A DNA stretch of 64,000 nucleotides from Podarcis cretensis. Taxonomy: Eukaryota. How positions within the stretch are numbered: the stretch's first letter is position 1; each line of letters begins with the position of its first letter. Where the stretch lies: assembly GCA_951804945.1 (NCBI GenBank), contig OX638153.1:15004001-15068000 (forward strand), given 5' to 3'. The translations under genes and the position numbers were made by a program. This document shows, piece by piece, positions 1 to 13,800 of this stretch. The notes beneath the pieces were generated by a model, which made no database searches, was not told where the DNA came from, and was given only the letters and a program-made list of their open reading frames with translations.

Positions 1-2509
1 TAGATGTTTCCTAATTTTGAGGCAACAACATCTGTAACCAGCGATTCCTGTCTGATTCCAGAGGGAGATGCCTTGAGACTAGACTGCTAGAAGGACTCAG
101 GTTGTGTTTAGGAGATCTTTAATGGCTGCTGCTGTGTTTCTATGCTCCAGGATGGCCCTCGCATGGCTGAAATGGCAGCACTGGAAACAAAAACCCAAGA
201 GCAGCTCAAATTTGTAGTTAATTGTACAGCAGCACCTCCTACCCTGCTTGATGGCATTGTTTATGTGCTGCAATATGTAGCTAGGATCACAGCATCCACA
301 GTTTCAACCAGTGGCTCTGGTTCTAACTGTGGGGAGAATAACTGACTACCAAGTCTGTCTTTACGTAAGTTTGAAGGTGACTGAGCAGGGGGGACAAGTG
401 ATAAATTGAAAAGGATCCAGAAAATGCTCCTGCAACTCACACTAAAATTTCCACCGAGTTCAGTGTCCAGATGGCTTTCCATACCCAGGTAGTGGGTTGT
501 GTGGAAATTTTTGTCCCCATGCAGGATCTGGCTACATCAGACAGTTGGGTATAGGAGATGGTTCATCTTGAGTCCTGGCTGGTGCTGGCAGGGATATCAC
601 AACTATCTTTTTTGTCTTTCCTGTGCCACAGCCTTGGCAAAGTGAAAGTTTGTGTGAGAGATCATCCAGAAGCTGCTGAAGGCTTGGTTTATTGAACTTG
701 TGCCCTACCTACAAAGAGTCAAAAGTGTCTGCTCTCTCCTTGTTCATGTGCTCAAGAAAAAATGGAGAGGGAAAGGCCACCCTGAAACTGAAAAGTCAGG
801 TTTTGCTGGATACTTGGGCCTCCATTTTAATGACAGTGGCCCCAGGTGAGTTCCTGACATGCATAAACCTCAAAAGATTGCATCCCAGTGAATTTTGCAT
901 AGCAAAATTATTTGCTTTGCTTCATAGGAAACCTCATTTTCAGTGCTTCACACTGACCTTGCTATAGCTTTCTTTACAAGAACCTTCACCAAGTTACTGG
1001 TGGTAAGCACTGCAGACCTTGGACTTTGGGGAGCTGAACCTCATCCTTATCTTTGCAACATTCTTATCAGTGTCTGGATGTAGAAAGAACCAGAGGTATA
1101 TGGCATTAGTAATAGCCTCCCTACAGAGTTATCTCTTTTCTTCTTTCATGATGGAGAGCCTGGGTGTAATTATAGAGACTATGCAAGCTGCAGTTTTCCA
1201 GAACATTTGCTAGCCCTTCAAGTGATGGGCATACTGGCTCATCTTTTGGGGCAGCTTGAATGGATCTGGTGTCTTGAGGTTGGCCCATTTCTGGCCACTG
1301 CAGCTTTATCATGCAGTCACATCAAGGATTCGTTATGACTGTAGGTGGTTATACAATTCCAGTGTCTCCAGTCTTTAAGCCATCCCTGGTTGCTACAGAA
1401 CTACTGCTTCTTTTGCTGTCAGATCCACATCTAGAAAAGTGATGCTAATGCCAGCTTGATGGTCTGGGCACATGTTGTGATAATGATGTAGCTCATAAAG
1501 CCAGCTTCATTATTAATGAGCAAACAGCAATCTTCCTGGCTTGTCTCCACTTTCAGCACAAGCATCAAGGGGCCCATGTCATCATACAGACACAACATGC
1601 CAACCGTGTTGTACCTGAACAAACAGAAGTGAATCACATCTCCTGTCTTGTGCAGAGCACTGTGTCTCATTCTGGGCCCTTCACCTCAAAGGAAAGGATA
1701 ATATGCAGGCAGAACTTGGATCCCGAGGAATAGAGCCTTCATGCTCATGTCTTTGACCTCACATTTTACGGCCCTCCTATGGGATCTTCTTGCATTCCCA
1801 TCACAACGCAGAAATCAAACTTCTTTTCATGAAGCAAAGATTCTTGGTGGGTTTTTGGTCTTTCCCCTACTTGTGAGAGTTCTTGCCAGTATCTGGATGG
1901 AATGGGCTGAGATCTCTTCGCTCCCCCCCCCCCGTGACTGAGATGTCCTCTCCTATCAGGCTAGTAGCCTGTGTGTCCTGCTCAGTCAGTGGTGGCCTTT
2001 GTTATTCAAAATGACTCCTCTTCATTTCTAGGCAGAGAGAAAGGGTAAGTAGACTTGGATTACTCAGCTATATAGAGTTGGACACCCTACTTACAGTGAG
2101 GAGGGATTTCACTCTTTGGGTACTTGGACATTATTTTGCCAGGACAAGGGACTACTTGGTCTCTTGGCAGCTTCATTCCCTGCTGTTCTAGTTTTTCTCC
2201 AAGGTTGGCTTAATTTAGGGGTTAAATCTAACATCCTTTGTGTACTTGGATGGCCGCTTTAAGCTCCCTCATATCGTTAGTCAACAGGTGTCTCCCATTC
2301 CACATGTAAAGCATTTTCTTAGAGTGGCCTTGCATCCTGCCCTCCAGTGGTTCATCAAGCAAATTTCTGAACCCTTGAGAGTCATTCCCCCTTCTTCATT
2401 TCTCAATATTATATTCCTTGTTGCCATTACAGTACTTCACTATTCATATTCCCTTACGTTCAAAGATAACTTTGGACTCTTCATTTTACATGAAGGTAGC
2501 TTCACCCCA

Positions 2510-2878
2510 GGGACGCAGGTGGCGCTGTGGGTTAAAGCCTCAGCGCCTAGGGCTTGCCGATCGAAAGGTCGGCGGTTCGAATCCCTGCGGCGGGGTGCGC
2601 TCCCGTTGCTCGGTCCCAGCGCCTGCCAACCTAGCAGTTCGAAAGCACCTCCAGGTGCAAGTAGATAAATAGGGACCGCTTACCAGCGGGAAGGTAAACG
2701 GCGTTTCCGTGTGCGGCTCTGGCTCTGGTCAGAGCAGCGATGTCACGCTGGCCACGTGACCCGGAAGTGTCTTCGGACAGCGCTGGCCCCTGGCCTCTTA
2801 AGTGAGATGGGCGCACAACCCCAGAGTCTGTCAAGACTGGCCCGTACGGGCAGGGGTACCTTTACCTTTACCTTTACC
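2510..2878 (+). mobile_element. Sauria SINE, full length, inserted in the DIRS relic
   Basis: tRNA-like head GGGACGCAGGTGGCGCTGTGGG...GGTTCGAATCC, (ACCTTT)n tail, TSD TAGCTTCACCC (2497-2507 / 2879-2889). Confidence 0.92.
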
Positions 2879-3029
2879 TAGCTTCACCCTTCCTGTGTCC
2901 TTAAAGTCACTTGTAGTTCCCACTGCGAGCAAAAACCTCTTTTGCCCTAAACATCTTGAGAGAAAAAGCGGTGTTGCCCAAACGTTGCACAAGCCCTTAA
3001 TCTTTTGGCACAGAATTACTTGTTTTTGT

Positions 3030-3535
3030 TTAATAATATGTATATATGGCTTAAGTAATGAAAATATCGAAATGGCTTACATGAAACAATGTAAAATATA
3101 CATAATAAAAAAGTGATAAAATCAAACTTTAAAAACAAGTAGACATTTTTTTTTAATGAAAATGTAGGTTAAATCAACCATTTTAAATTAATAATACAGA
3201 ATAAAATTCAATGTCTGCGTGGGCTTGCCTAAACCTAAAAGATTTTAGCAGGCATCAAAAACAATATAGCGAAGGTGCCTGCCTAATACTAATATGCTGG
3301 GAGTTCCAGAGGGTTGGTGCTGTGACACCTTCATGAGCAGAACAAACATTATGTGCTAGTTGTAAACGTGCCAGTTTCACAGCTCAAGGCACTCAAGTGG
3401 GTACATATGGGGAAGTTTATCCTTTGTCAATTACTGGGTTTAGGGGAGAGATGGAGTGACCCCCAAAGAACAAAGCCAACTTCTAAAGGCCTTGGACGAA
3501 TCACCACCTGTTGGAATTGTAGCACACTTGCTTAG
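3030..3535 (-). mobile_element. Old L2-like LINE 3' fragment
   Basis: Degenerate reverse complement of an APTLWNS...F..LLK-type L2 ORF2 end, with AT-rich tail. Confidence 0.45.
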
Positions 3536-4654
3536 AGGAGCCGTTACTTCCTTGACTTTCATACAGGAAGAAGGTATACATTTCTGTTTCACACATTGAC
3601 TCTAGACATTCGGACAGCAATGTTTTTGCATCAGCAGTGGCCACCATTGATTGAAGGCTGCTTCCGTGCTTTCACCAACCTTGTGTTCAAACAGCAAATA
3701 TCGCTCCCTTGTACAATTATGGCTCAGTTCTATTAAGCCCTCGTGTCTGGACTGCTGAATGGTGACAAGTATAGTAGGAAGAACTGAGAATTTGCTTACC
3801 TGTGAATTCCTCTTCTGTGTGCTCACCATAGTGATCCAGTGTTTTGATGCTCCGGACTGTAACCACAATCTTTTGACAAATAGAAGATTGGACTCAGTTT
3901 ACTCCAATGGTTTCCAAAAGGAGTTCTAGCAAACTCTCTGGAAATGTATCAGGAGTACTTAAATGAAGAGATAATTATATATATAGTGTCTTACCAGCAC
4001 TGCAGCTTACCCATCTCTTAATGATCCTTTCCAGCAATGTGTAGCCATGTTGGAGTATTTTGTTGTTCTAGGACATACTGATGGATTTACTGGAGACATA
4101 TGAGACCTAATAGCATTTGTGGTCAATTGACTAAAGCGCAGGATTGACAGATTAATATGTTTCAGTTATCTTTGATGGATAAGATTCTTTGTGTAACATA
4201 GGCAAATTTTTCACCCAAGAAAGCAATTTACAGCCATAGTCCAAGTAACTGGGCCTAATACACAACCTTGTCCAGCTTGTTCAGGTTTGCCTTTTACTCA
4301 TCAGCATCAACACAGCTGTGTCAAACAATATTTTATTTTTAGTTGGAATTTTTTTACTGTGAAATCATCTAACTTGTAATAAGGGTGCTGCAAAATTCAG
4401 AGTGTTGGACCTGGTAGATATGAGTTCTTGTATAAGCTGTAGATGTGATGACTGGCCTCTAGTGTAAATCTCTCTGTTGTTCAATTGCAAAAATGGGAGT
4501 AATAGTGCTAGGTCTCTCATTATTGGGCTGAAGGCTGGAGATGATGAAGGCTATAAAATAACTTTTCCACCTTTAGAGTTACAGCAACAGCTATTCTGCT
4601 TCTGTTTGTTACCTTGACTTTTCCTCCTAACCTCTATCTTGTCAAATTTCACAG

Positions 4655-4856
4655 TGATGTGAACTCTATGTACCTTTCGTCCACGGAGCCCCCAGCTGCC
4701 GCCGAATGGGCCTGTCTCTTGCGTCCTCTGAGGGGGAGGGAGCCGGAGGGCATCTGGAACTTACTTTCTATTGTTCGGGAGATGTTCAAGAGACGGGACA
4801 CCAATGCAGCCCCTCTGCTAGAAATTCTAACAGACCAGTGCCTGACCTACGAACAG
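4655..4856 (+). CDS. ZSWIM8: ZSWIM8 coding exon (1st in window)
   Basis: acag|TGATGTG...GAACAG|gtac; DVNSMYL...LTYEQ. Confidence 0.93.
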
Positions 4857-7800
4857 GTACTATTATATATACATATATGTTATTTAAGGCATTTATACCC
4901 TGACTTGTGAAGAATTCTGAGGACAGTCCACAAAAGCGATTTGATTCACAGTGCGTTGGGGAGGGGAAGGGCGTGATGACAATGTAGTAAGCCTTGGGGG
5001 ATATTGAGGTATCAAGACTTCTTGACCCAGCTGTGAACATCCTGCAGAAAAGCAGTTCAGTATTATTTTTAGGGCAGATACTTTTTAGTAAGGCAAAGGT
5101 GTACTTCCCTTGATGTCTGTTAAGCGTGGAATTATGTGTCTTAACATGTCTGCATCCTCTCTCTACAGATAACCGGTTGGTGGTACAGTGTAAGGACATC
5201 TGCATCCCATAGCAGTGCAAGTGGGCACACTGGCCGTAGCAACGGCCAGTCAGAAGTGGCTGCTCATGCTTGTGCGAGCATGTGCGATGAGATGGTGGTT
5301 CTCTGGAGGCTTGCTGTCTTGGATCCGACCATCAGCCCTCATCGGTAGGTAGTGGGATCAGACCTTAATGAAGCTGTAAAATGTGACATTTTGACAACCA
5401 GCCCATTAATGGATCTCTATCTTCTGCGTTTGAAATATTTAGGTTTGAAGTAGTTACAGATCCAAAACGTGCAGAGGGTGGAGGGAAGATTGCCATCAAA
5501 ACTCCCATACTGCGTTCCCATTGTATCCTGTGCCTCTTTGGCCTTGCACTGCTTCATAACGCTCTATACTTCTGATACATAGTGATGGTGGATGGCGTTT
5601 GCTTATCATACTGTTGGGTTTTGCTACCAAGAAAAGAAGATTATATTAAAGCATGAAAGAGGGATCAATTTGTGGTACTTGTTAAAAGCTTGCTTGGAGA
5701 CCTCTGACTACCATATTAGCAGAGGATGGGTGTTGACACTGTTTACAACCCTCAGAGTTACTTCAGTGGGAATGAGAGCACATGCGTTGCCGGCATTTTT
5801 TAATTAAAATATCTGACGTAGCAGGGGTGGGAAAGGCCCCTGTCTGAATCTTTGGAGAGTTATTTTGAGGCAGAGTAAACACTATTAAGCAAGGTTGTCA
5901 AATGGTCTGTCTATGCATAAGACAGCTTTATATGTTCTTGATCATCTGAGGCTTGATGCTATCTAATATAAATGCAGTCAAGAGTATTAAGAAATCTGAA
6001 TTGGCTGTGTAACTCCTCATCACAGCTCAGTGATAAAAGTAACAAAGGAACGTTTGTAAGGAGGATCTGAATTTAGTACAGTGGTACCTCCGGTTACGAA
6101 CTTAATTCGTTCCGGAGGTCCGTTCTTAAGCCAAAACTGTTCTTAATTTTGCTAATGGGGCCTCCCGCTGCTGGCGCGCGACTTCCGCTCGCATCCTGGG
6201 GCAAAGTTTGCAACTAGGGGCATCCACTTCCTAGTTAGCGGAGCTCGTTACCCGAAGCATTTGTAAGGAGGATGGTACGTAACCTGAGGTTCCACTGTAT
6301 CTTAGATGGGGCGGAAACAATAAATCTGGAAATCTTGCTTTGTAGCTCCTCTGTGCCACTTACATGTTCCTTCTCCCCTGTAATTCTAGGCGGAGAGATT
6401 TGTGCGCACAGCTGAGGCAGTGGCAATTGAAGGTAATAGACAACGTCAAAAGGGGACAGCACAAAAAATCCCTCGAGAAACTATTCCAGGGGTTCAAGCC
6501 AGCTGTGGAAGCTTGTTACTTCAACTGGGAGGAGGCCTATCCAATTCCAGGCATCACGTACAGCAATGCTGACAAGAAGAACTCCTTTTGTTGGGTAAAG
6601 GCCATCCAGCAGCGAAACTGCCGACCGCAGTGTGGAGAAACCATTTGTGAAGCGGGGAGAGCTCATGGTCTGGATGTTTCGGGGACGTGCTTGCAACTAG
6701 GGGATCGGTCTCGCCCTGCCTCTCAGGAGCCCGCTGTGCGCCCCAAAGAACTCATTGGGAAGCGGAAAGTTGTGTCTGAAGGTCCCCAGCGGGTTCTGAG
6801 AAGACTTTCAGCCGAAGGTGATAAAGCTGCATACAAGACGGCTGTGAACAAGGGCGGCAAGCTTCCAGTGGGAAAGACCTTGGCCAGCAAACATAGTGGG
6901 AAGCGTCGCATGAGCAGCGAGGACAGCTCTCTGGAACCGGACTTGGCCGAGTTGGCTTTAGATGACAGCAGTTTGGCCCTTGGCGCCGAGGCTAGCAACA
7001 CGTTCAGCTTCACAGACAGCCCGTTGAGCAGAAGTTACAGGGATACCTTTGAGGATGATGGTGGGGTGTATTTCTCAGAGGCAACTGAGCCCACCCTCAG
7101 GAGTAGTCCATCCAGCAAGAAGAACCCAAAGGACCCAGTGGGGGAAGTGGGTAGTGGAGACGATGACATTCCTTGCCCTGATGAAAGTACTGGTGGGGTG
7201 AGTTTGAAGCCCAAGGAAGTGGGGGAGAATGGTGCTGCTGGAGGAGGAGGAGAAGAGGAGGAAGACGACTACCAGGTGTACTATCTGAATCCCCAGGAGG
7301 TTGCTAAGGAAGAGGATGACAAGGCTGAGGGAGGGGTAGAAGAAGAACAAGACATATTTGCTGGGATAAAGCCCTTGGAGCAGGAAAACCGCATGGAGGT
7401 AAGGGGAGCATGTGTGTAAAATCACCTACAAAAATCTGTCTGTCTAGGCTCCTGCAAATGTATACAAGTTCAGGGAAGTTCCAGAGCTCACTCCTGCTTA
7501 CAGCCAAGGGATAAGATCTATATAGCCAAGAGGAAATGTTGTACGATTTATGATTTGTGTGTTGATTATGGATTGTTTCTTCTGTCCCTCCAAATAATTG
7601 ATTGTAATGGTATGCCTTGGAAAAGAACAGGATATGTTTCCGTCATGTTTCACATTTTAACGACGTGTAGCATTTATGTAGCACTTTTTGAGTTTTTGCA
7701 TATGTTGCTCCTTGTGAACAGCTCTGTAAGGTAGGTTAATGTTATAGGGATGACCTCCCTGCCTCCTAGCCAGCTGTAGAGCACACACTTTGTATGCAGA

Positions 7801-10800
7801 AAGAAGGTCCTTGGTCCAGTCCCTAGCATCTTCCTTTAAAGGTGGATCATAGGTAGCAGGGCTAGGAAATACTTCTGCCTGACACCGTAGAACTGCTGCA
7901 AGGCAGATTAACTGGACAGTGCTGCGCTATGAAGGCCAGTGGTCTTCTAAATCAGCAGCATACGTTGTTGTCATAGTTGCAAATGTGAGGCTAGAGCAGT
8001 GTTTCCCAACCTTGGGCCTCCAGCTGTTTTTGAACTACAACTCCCATCATCCCTGACTAGCAAGACCAGTGGCAAGGGATGATGGGAATTGTAGTCCAAA
8101 AACAGCTGGAGGCACAAGGTTGGGAAACACTGTTCTGCAGTGTTTCCCAACCTTGGGCCTCCAGCTGTTTTTGGACTACAACTCCCATCATCCCTAGCTA
8201 GCAAGACCAGTGGTCAGGGATGATGGGAATTGTAGTTCAAAAACAGCTGGAGGCCCAAGGTTGGGAAACACTGGGCTAGAGTAGTGACATGGTTGCAGCC
8301 ACCTAATGAGGTAGTTGCTGAGGTGGTATTTAACACAGAAACTTTCTGGCTCATTGTCTTGGCCAGTATGCTACAACAACCCTCTATGCCCGTGGCAGTA
8401 CCTATACCTGAGGTCTTTGGTACTTCATTATTTGCAGGAGATTTCCCTCCCTTATTGTCCCCCTCAATAAGAATGCAACTCAGTGATGGAAATAAAAATA
8501 AAGAAATAACTGAGTCTTGGGCCCTAAATTGTATTCTGAAAAGTCATCCCCGAGGTAGTTTGTTGAGTTTTTTTCCATAAATCTAAACTCTGTATTGATG
8601 ATCTGAAAAAGCAAGGGCTTGAATCTGTTCTGTTTGCAACCCTTCGTTTACAGATCCTGTTTGCTTGTGCGGAGGCTCTCTATGCACATGGTTACAGCAA
8701 TGAAGCCTGTCGCCTCACAGTTGAGCTTGCCAAGGACTTGCTGGCCAACCCTCCTGATCTCAAAGTGGAACAGCCCCCAACCAAGGTACAGAGCTGCTAT
8801 GGGGACTGTTTGAATGGAAGGGGGAAGTGTAGTATAATAGCAGGACAGAAATGGTTTCTCTTTCAGAGCTATGCTTTGCTGTGGACAAATACTGTATGTA
8901 ATATTGCCCGGAGTCCAGGGCAATTTTCTTTGTCCAGTATTTTTCTTTAAAAAAAAAATACCTTTAAAAGTAACTCAGTTCATATAAACTGACATAGTTT
9001 GCCTAAGGTACACTCTTGATGAATTTTTCTTTGATGATAGAGACTTCATTATCTGCATAATGACTAGAACCATGTTAATTAAAGAGTGTGTTGAATTCTC
9101 AGGATCCTGAATTCTGTAACCAGCCCCATCACAAGATATACCAAGTAGTCATAATTTTAATGCTTCACACAGTGGAATTGCTGTTCTATGCAGATGAACT
9201 CTTGCAGAAAAGCTGAATGAATTCATCGGCTGCATCAGTTTTGATTGTGGGAACTATTGGATGCATACTCATGCCTCAGCTGCTTTTTTAATGGAGATGT
9301 CCTGTGAAATCGAGGAGACCAGATAAATTTCTAGGGCCCTCTGACAAATTACCAATTAGCAAGTCACCAGGTTGGGTTCTTAACCGTGAAATTACTAATC
9401 TAATTAAAAATATGCAACTTTTCATTAAAATCAGCCTTCTTAATGCGGTTTGAAAAGTTCAACAGCACAGTGTGGTGCAGATCTTTTTATTAACCGAGTC
9501 AGAAAATTACAGGTCTGTTAAACCCCCCCCCCCCCCAGTTTATTCATGAAAAGGCTATTAAAGAGCTGTACAGTAGTACCTTGGTTTAAGAAAAGCTTAG
9601 TTTATGAACAACTTGGTTTAAGAATGCTGCAAATCTGGAAGTAGGTGTTTTGGTTTGTAAACTTTGCCTTGGAATAAGAACATGTTTCGCTTCCTGTTGA
9701 GTGTGTTCCATTTGTAAATTGAGTCCCCCGCTGCTATGGGAAAGCATGCCTTGGTTTAAGAATGCTTTGGTTTAAGAACAGACTTCCGGAACGGATTAAG
9801 TTCTTATAAGCAAACAGTCTAGCTGAGGCAGAATTAGTAGGGCTTCTGCAAAGCAACTAGACAGTACTAGATGACCATTTATGCTGTATAATGTATGATA
9901 CAATGTGAGCTACAACAAAATTAAAATGGTGGCACTAGAAAATGTAATGGATAGCACCCTTCACTGAATTGGAATGCAGAACTTTCTTGGGCCATATCAC
10001 CACCAGATTCTTCCATGAAGCTTCTGGATTAGCATTTAAGTCATGATGCTTAACTTTCCCCATAAACTCAGATGGGACTTAAAGTGAAACTAACTTAGTC
10101 TGTCAGTTTCCCTATGTTTAAACTGTTTATCCCACAGGGAAAGAAAAACAAGGTATCCACCAGCAAGCAGACATGGATGGCAACAAACACCTTATCCAAA
10201 GCTGCTTTCCTGCTGACCGTGCTGAGTGAACGGCAGGAATACCACAATCTAGCCTTCCAGATTGGCATGTTTGCTCTGGAGCTGCAGAGGCCGCCAGCCT
10301 CTACCAAGGCTTTGGAGGTAAGTGTGTGCTTAGATGTGACGTTACACAAAGCCAAGGTCAGGGAGTTTTCTGGTAGCCCGTGGGTAAGAGGCAGCCTTTA
10401 ACTGTTAGCCACTGTTGCTTGATCTGAGAAAATGGAGGCTCAGTGATGTTTTTTGTGCATCATTTAAAGCACTTCTGTGTTACTTTTGTTATCCAATGTC
10501 TCTGTAGAGAGGCCCTGTGGATTTGTTTTATTCCTGGCTTTTGTGTCACACACAGGTAAAGCTGGCATATCAGGAGTCTGAAATTGTGGCCTTGCTGAAG
10601 AAAATTCCACTTGGCTCTAATGAGATGAACACTATTCGGGGAAGAGCTGAAGAGCTGAGGGAAGGAACCCTGTGTGATTACCGCCCTGTCTTGCCTCTTA
10701 TGTTGGCCAGCTTCATATTTGATGTCTTATGCACGCCAGGTAAAGCCCTTCAGATTTGTCTAAAGAAGAGGAATCTGTACACGCCAAATCTTTGGGAAAG

Positions 10801-13800
10801 GGTGAATGATGACTTGCTTCTCTTCCTAAATCTTGAGGACAGACTTCTGCAGAACAAACTCCATAGTCCCATGCCTTTATAGAAGCCACTTAGCACTTGT
10901 ATGTGTGAGATCATCCTGCACATCATGAATGTGGATCTCCAGTACTGCCCAAACTCTCATGCATGAGAGAGGTCTGGAGGCACTTAACTCAGTTGTATGG
11001 GCTGGGCCTTTTACAACTGACACATATAAAGGGAACCTTCATTTGGGCTGTAGAGCTTACCTGAGCTGAGCTCTTACTTGATTAATCTCATGGACCACAT
11101 AGCTGCCCTGCCCCGTCCAATGTCCAGAAGCTTCCTTGAACCCTGTAGTTACATAGCAAGTTCAGGGACTGTGTCCATATTCTAAAAAAAAAAAAGGCCA
11201 GTTTCAGTCAGTACTGAACTTCTGCTGCAGGTTTTGCCCAGGTAAACCACTGGATCCAAGAACAAATTCTGTAGCTTTCAGGATGGCATTTTAAGGATAT
11301 AGACACTTCCTTGTGGTGACTGCAGTCCTGTTTCCAGCTTTATTATACTAGCAGCCTTGCCAAATTAATTCATTCTACTTTGTAACTCCCCCCACCCACC
11401 TTTTCCTTTCTAGTCTTCACAGATAACAAATCTGTGATTAGGTGTAGACGCACTCCTTCATTGTCTCCCGAGACAAATGGATGCCAGCAGATTAGGTGTC
11501 GGATGCTTTTGTGGCCTTTTAATAATACTTGGTTGAGTTAATTTAATAAACAGATTTCTTTTATATAATAGAATTGAGCAAAATCCCAAGATCTAGGTCT
11601 TGATAGAAGTTAGTTTACATTAGAAAGCAATGCTTTAGATTATTATCTTCATAGGTCTGTGAAATTTTACCAGTCTAGGCAATCCTTGCATGATAGAGTT
11701 GGCTATTGATTTGCCATCTTTCTTTTTCCCAGTGGTTTCTCCTACAGGATCCAGACCTCCAAGCCGTAATTGGAACAATGAAATGCCTGGAGATGAGGAG
11801 CTAGGTTTTGAGGCAGCCGTCGCTGCTCTTGGTGAGTGCTTAGCTTCTCTTTCTTATGCCAGGCCTCATCTCTCACTGATGAAGAGATGTAACTTTGGTC
11901 ATCCTGCCAAGTCATCTAGAACTTAATTTTTCTTCTTTGCTTAATATGTAATGGTAATAAGGAGAAGCCTGATGCCTCACAGGGAACAGATGTTGCTATG
12001 GGGAAGCATAATTGATGGTTTATTACTTAACTTAAGTAAACGGAGAGATTATATAAAACAAGCAGGATAAATGTTTGAATTCTGTACTCTGCTTTCCAGG
12101 CATGAAGACGACAGTGAGTGAAGCAGAGCACCCTCTGTTGTGTGAAGGCACCCGAAGGGAGAAGGGAGATCTCGCTCTAGCCCTCATGATCACTTACAAG
12201 GATGACCAATCTAAGCTAAAAAAAGTATGTCCCATTTGGAGATATTCAGACCTTAGGCTGTTTAATGGTATCTGAGCATAGTGCATTTTTTTTTTGTTTT
12301 CATCATGCATAGTAGTAGTTTCTCTCTCTCTCTTTAATTTTATTTATGCATTTTGCATATCTTAATACATCAGTTATACAATTGCCATTGTTTATCTTAC
12401 TATTCGACTTCCGTGGGGTCTTATTTAGTCCTTTTTAAGTTGTATCTCCTTTATTACCACCCTTCTTCTACTTATTTTAACTGCTGCTCATATATTTGAA
12501 GCTTATCTGATTGTTTGAAGCTTATCTGATTGTTATATTTCTTTAAATATTCGCCAAAGTATTCCCACTGTTCTTTTATATTCGACTCACCTTGATTTCT
12601 TACCTTGGCAGTCAGCATTGCTATCTCCACGTATTCTATTAGCTTATTCTGCCAGTTTATTTTGGGGGGACTATTTTTGTCCTTCCACCTTTGGGCATAA
12701 ATTATTTTGGCCACTGTTATTGTGTAGAGGAAAAGACTAAGTACTTTCTTTGGTATTTCCCCCTCTACTATACTCAATAAGAACATCTCTGGTTTCTTGG
12801 GAAATGAGACCCTTAACATCTTTTTTAATTCTGAGTATATCATCTCCCAATACTTTTTGGCTTTCTTGCAACCCCACCACATGTGTATAAATGTCCTTTC
12901 AGTCTCTTCACATTTCCAACATAAATTGGTTCCCTTTTAATACATTTTTACAAGTTTACTAGGGGTGAGGTACCATCTATATATCATCTTTTGTAGGTTC
13001 TCTTTTAAGAGTATATATAGCATGCCGAGAAGTATATTGTTATTTTCCACAATTTCTCCCAAGAGGCCATATCTGTGTTGAGTCCTATGTCAATTTTAGT
13101 TGTTTCTCAATGGCACCTGAAGATAGTGGATCAAACTGATTTCCTAAAAGGATTTTAGATGTTTATTCCTGATTTTTAGATGTTTATTCCTGGTAGTGGG
13201 TATGAATATGTTTGTAAAAAGCCCAAAAGAGGTTGGGCTATTTAGCGGTATGGCAAACCACTTCCACCTTCTTCCTGCCAAAAGGACCTTTCTTCTTGAT
13301 TCTTTCTGCTTCTCTTGATTGTAATAAACTTAATTCCCCCCTCTGCAGTCTTCGGAGAACTCCCCTGTTCATATCTAATTCCCCATTCCCACTTTCCTGA
13401 CATTTCCTTTGTTTAGATGCTAACTTTCATGTTGTTCCACTCTCTGTTTAAAGATCTTGGATAAGCTGTTGGACAGGGAGAGCCAAACACACAAGCCTCA
13501 GACTCTAAGTTCATTCTACTCGTCCAGCAAGCCCACAGTAGCCAATCAGAAATCTCCTTCCAAACATGCTACCCAATCAGCTGCGCCCATTCAGCACCTC
13601 CCAGGAACACCCGTCACGCAACAAGCAGGGGTAACCACTGCTGTCCAGAGCAACACTTCAGAACCCTTTTTGGAAAAGAGCTCCCAAGGTATGACTTACA
13701 GTTCCACAGGATTACAGCTGTCTTCTAATTACCAGTAGAAGGAGAAATGAAAGAAATGGGTTGCTGTCAGATTTTTTTTTCATTTGCCGTATATTTGTTC

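Larger units (their letters stand above)
1..3850 (+). mobile_element. Decayed DIRS-like (tyrosine recombinase) retrotransposon; left boundary uncertain
   Basis: Frameshifted relics in DIRS order: RNase H-like HVIIQT-NMPTVLYLNKQ (~1570-1630); DLLA/FPLLVRVL (~1780-1890); YR-like HVKHFLR...EPL...IFLVAIT (~2300-2440) and LHPS..KV...FCPK (~2880-2955); terminal hairpin at 3747-3839. Confidence 0.6.

Noticed and set aside
2510-2590. tRNA-like A/B boxes (also at ~49760-49841, ~57620-57694 and ~60189-60270)
   Set aside because: These are SINE heads, not tRNA genes; there is no full cloverleaf and they continue into SINE bodies.
4140-4153. AGGATTGACAGATT, resembling a stretch of 18S rRNA
   Set aside because: Only about 14 nt and the flanks do not continue the match; chance level.
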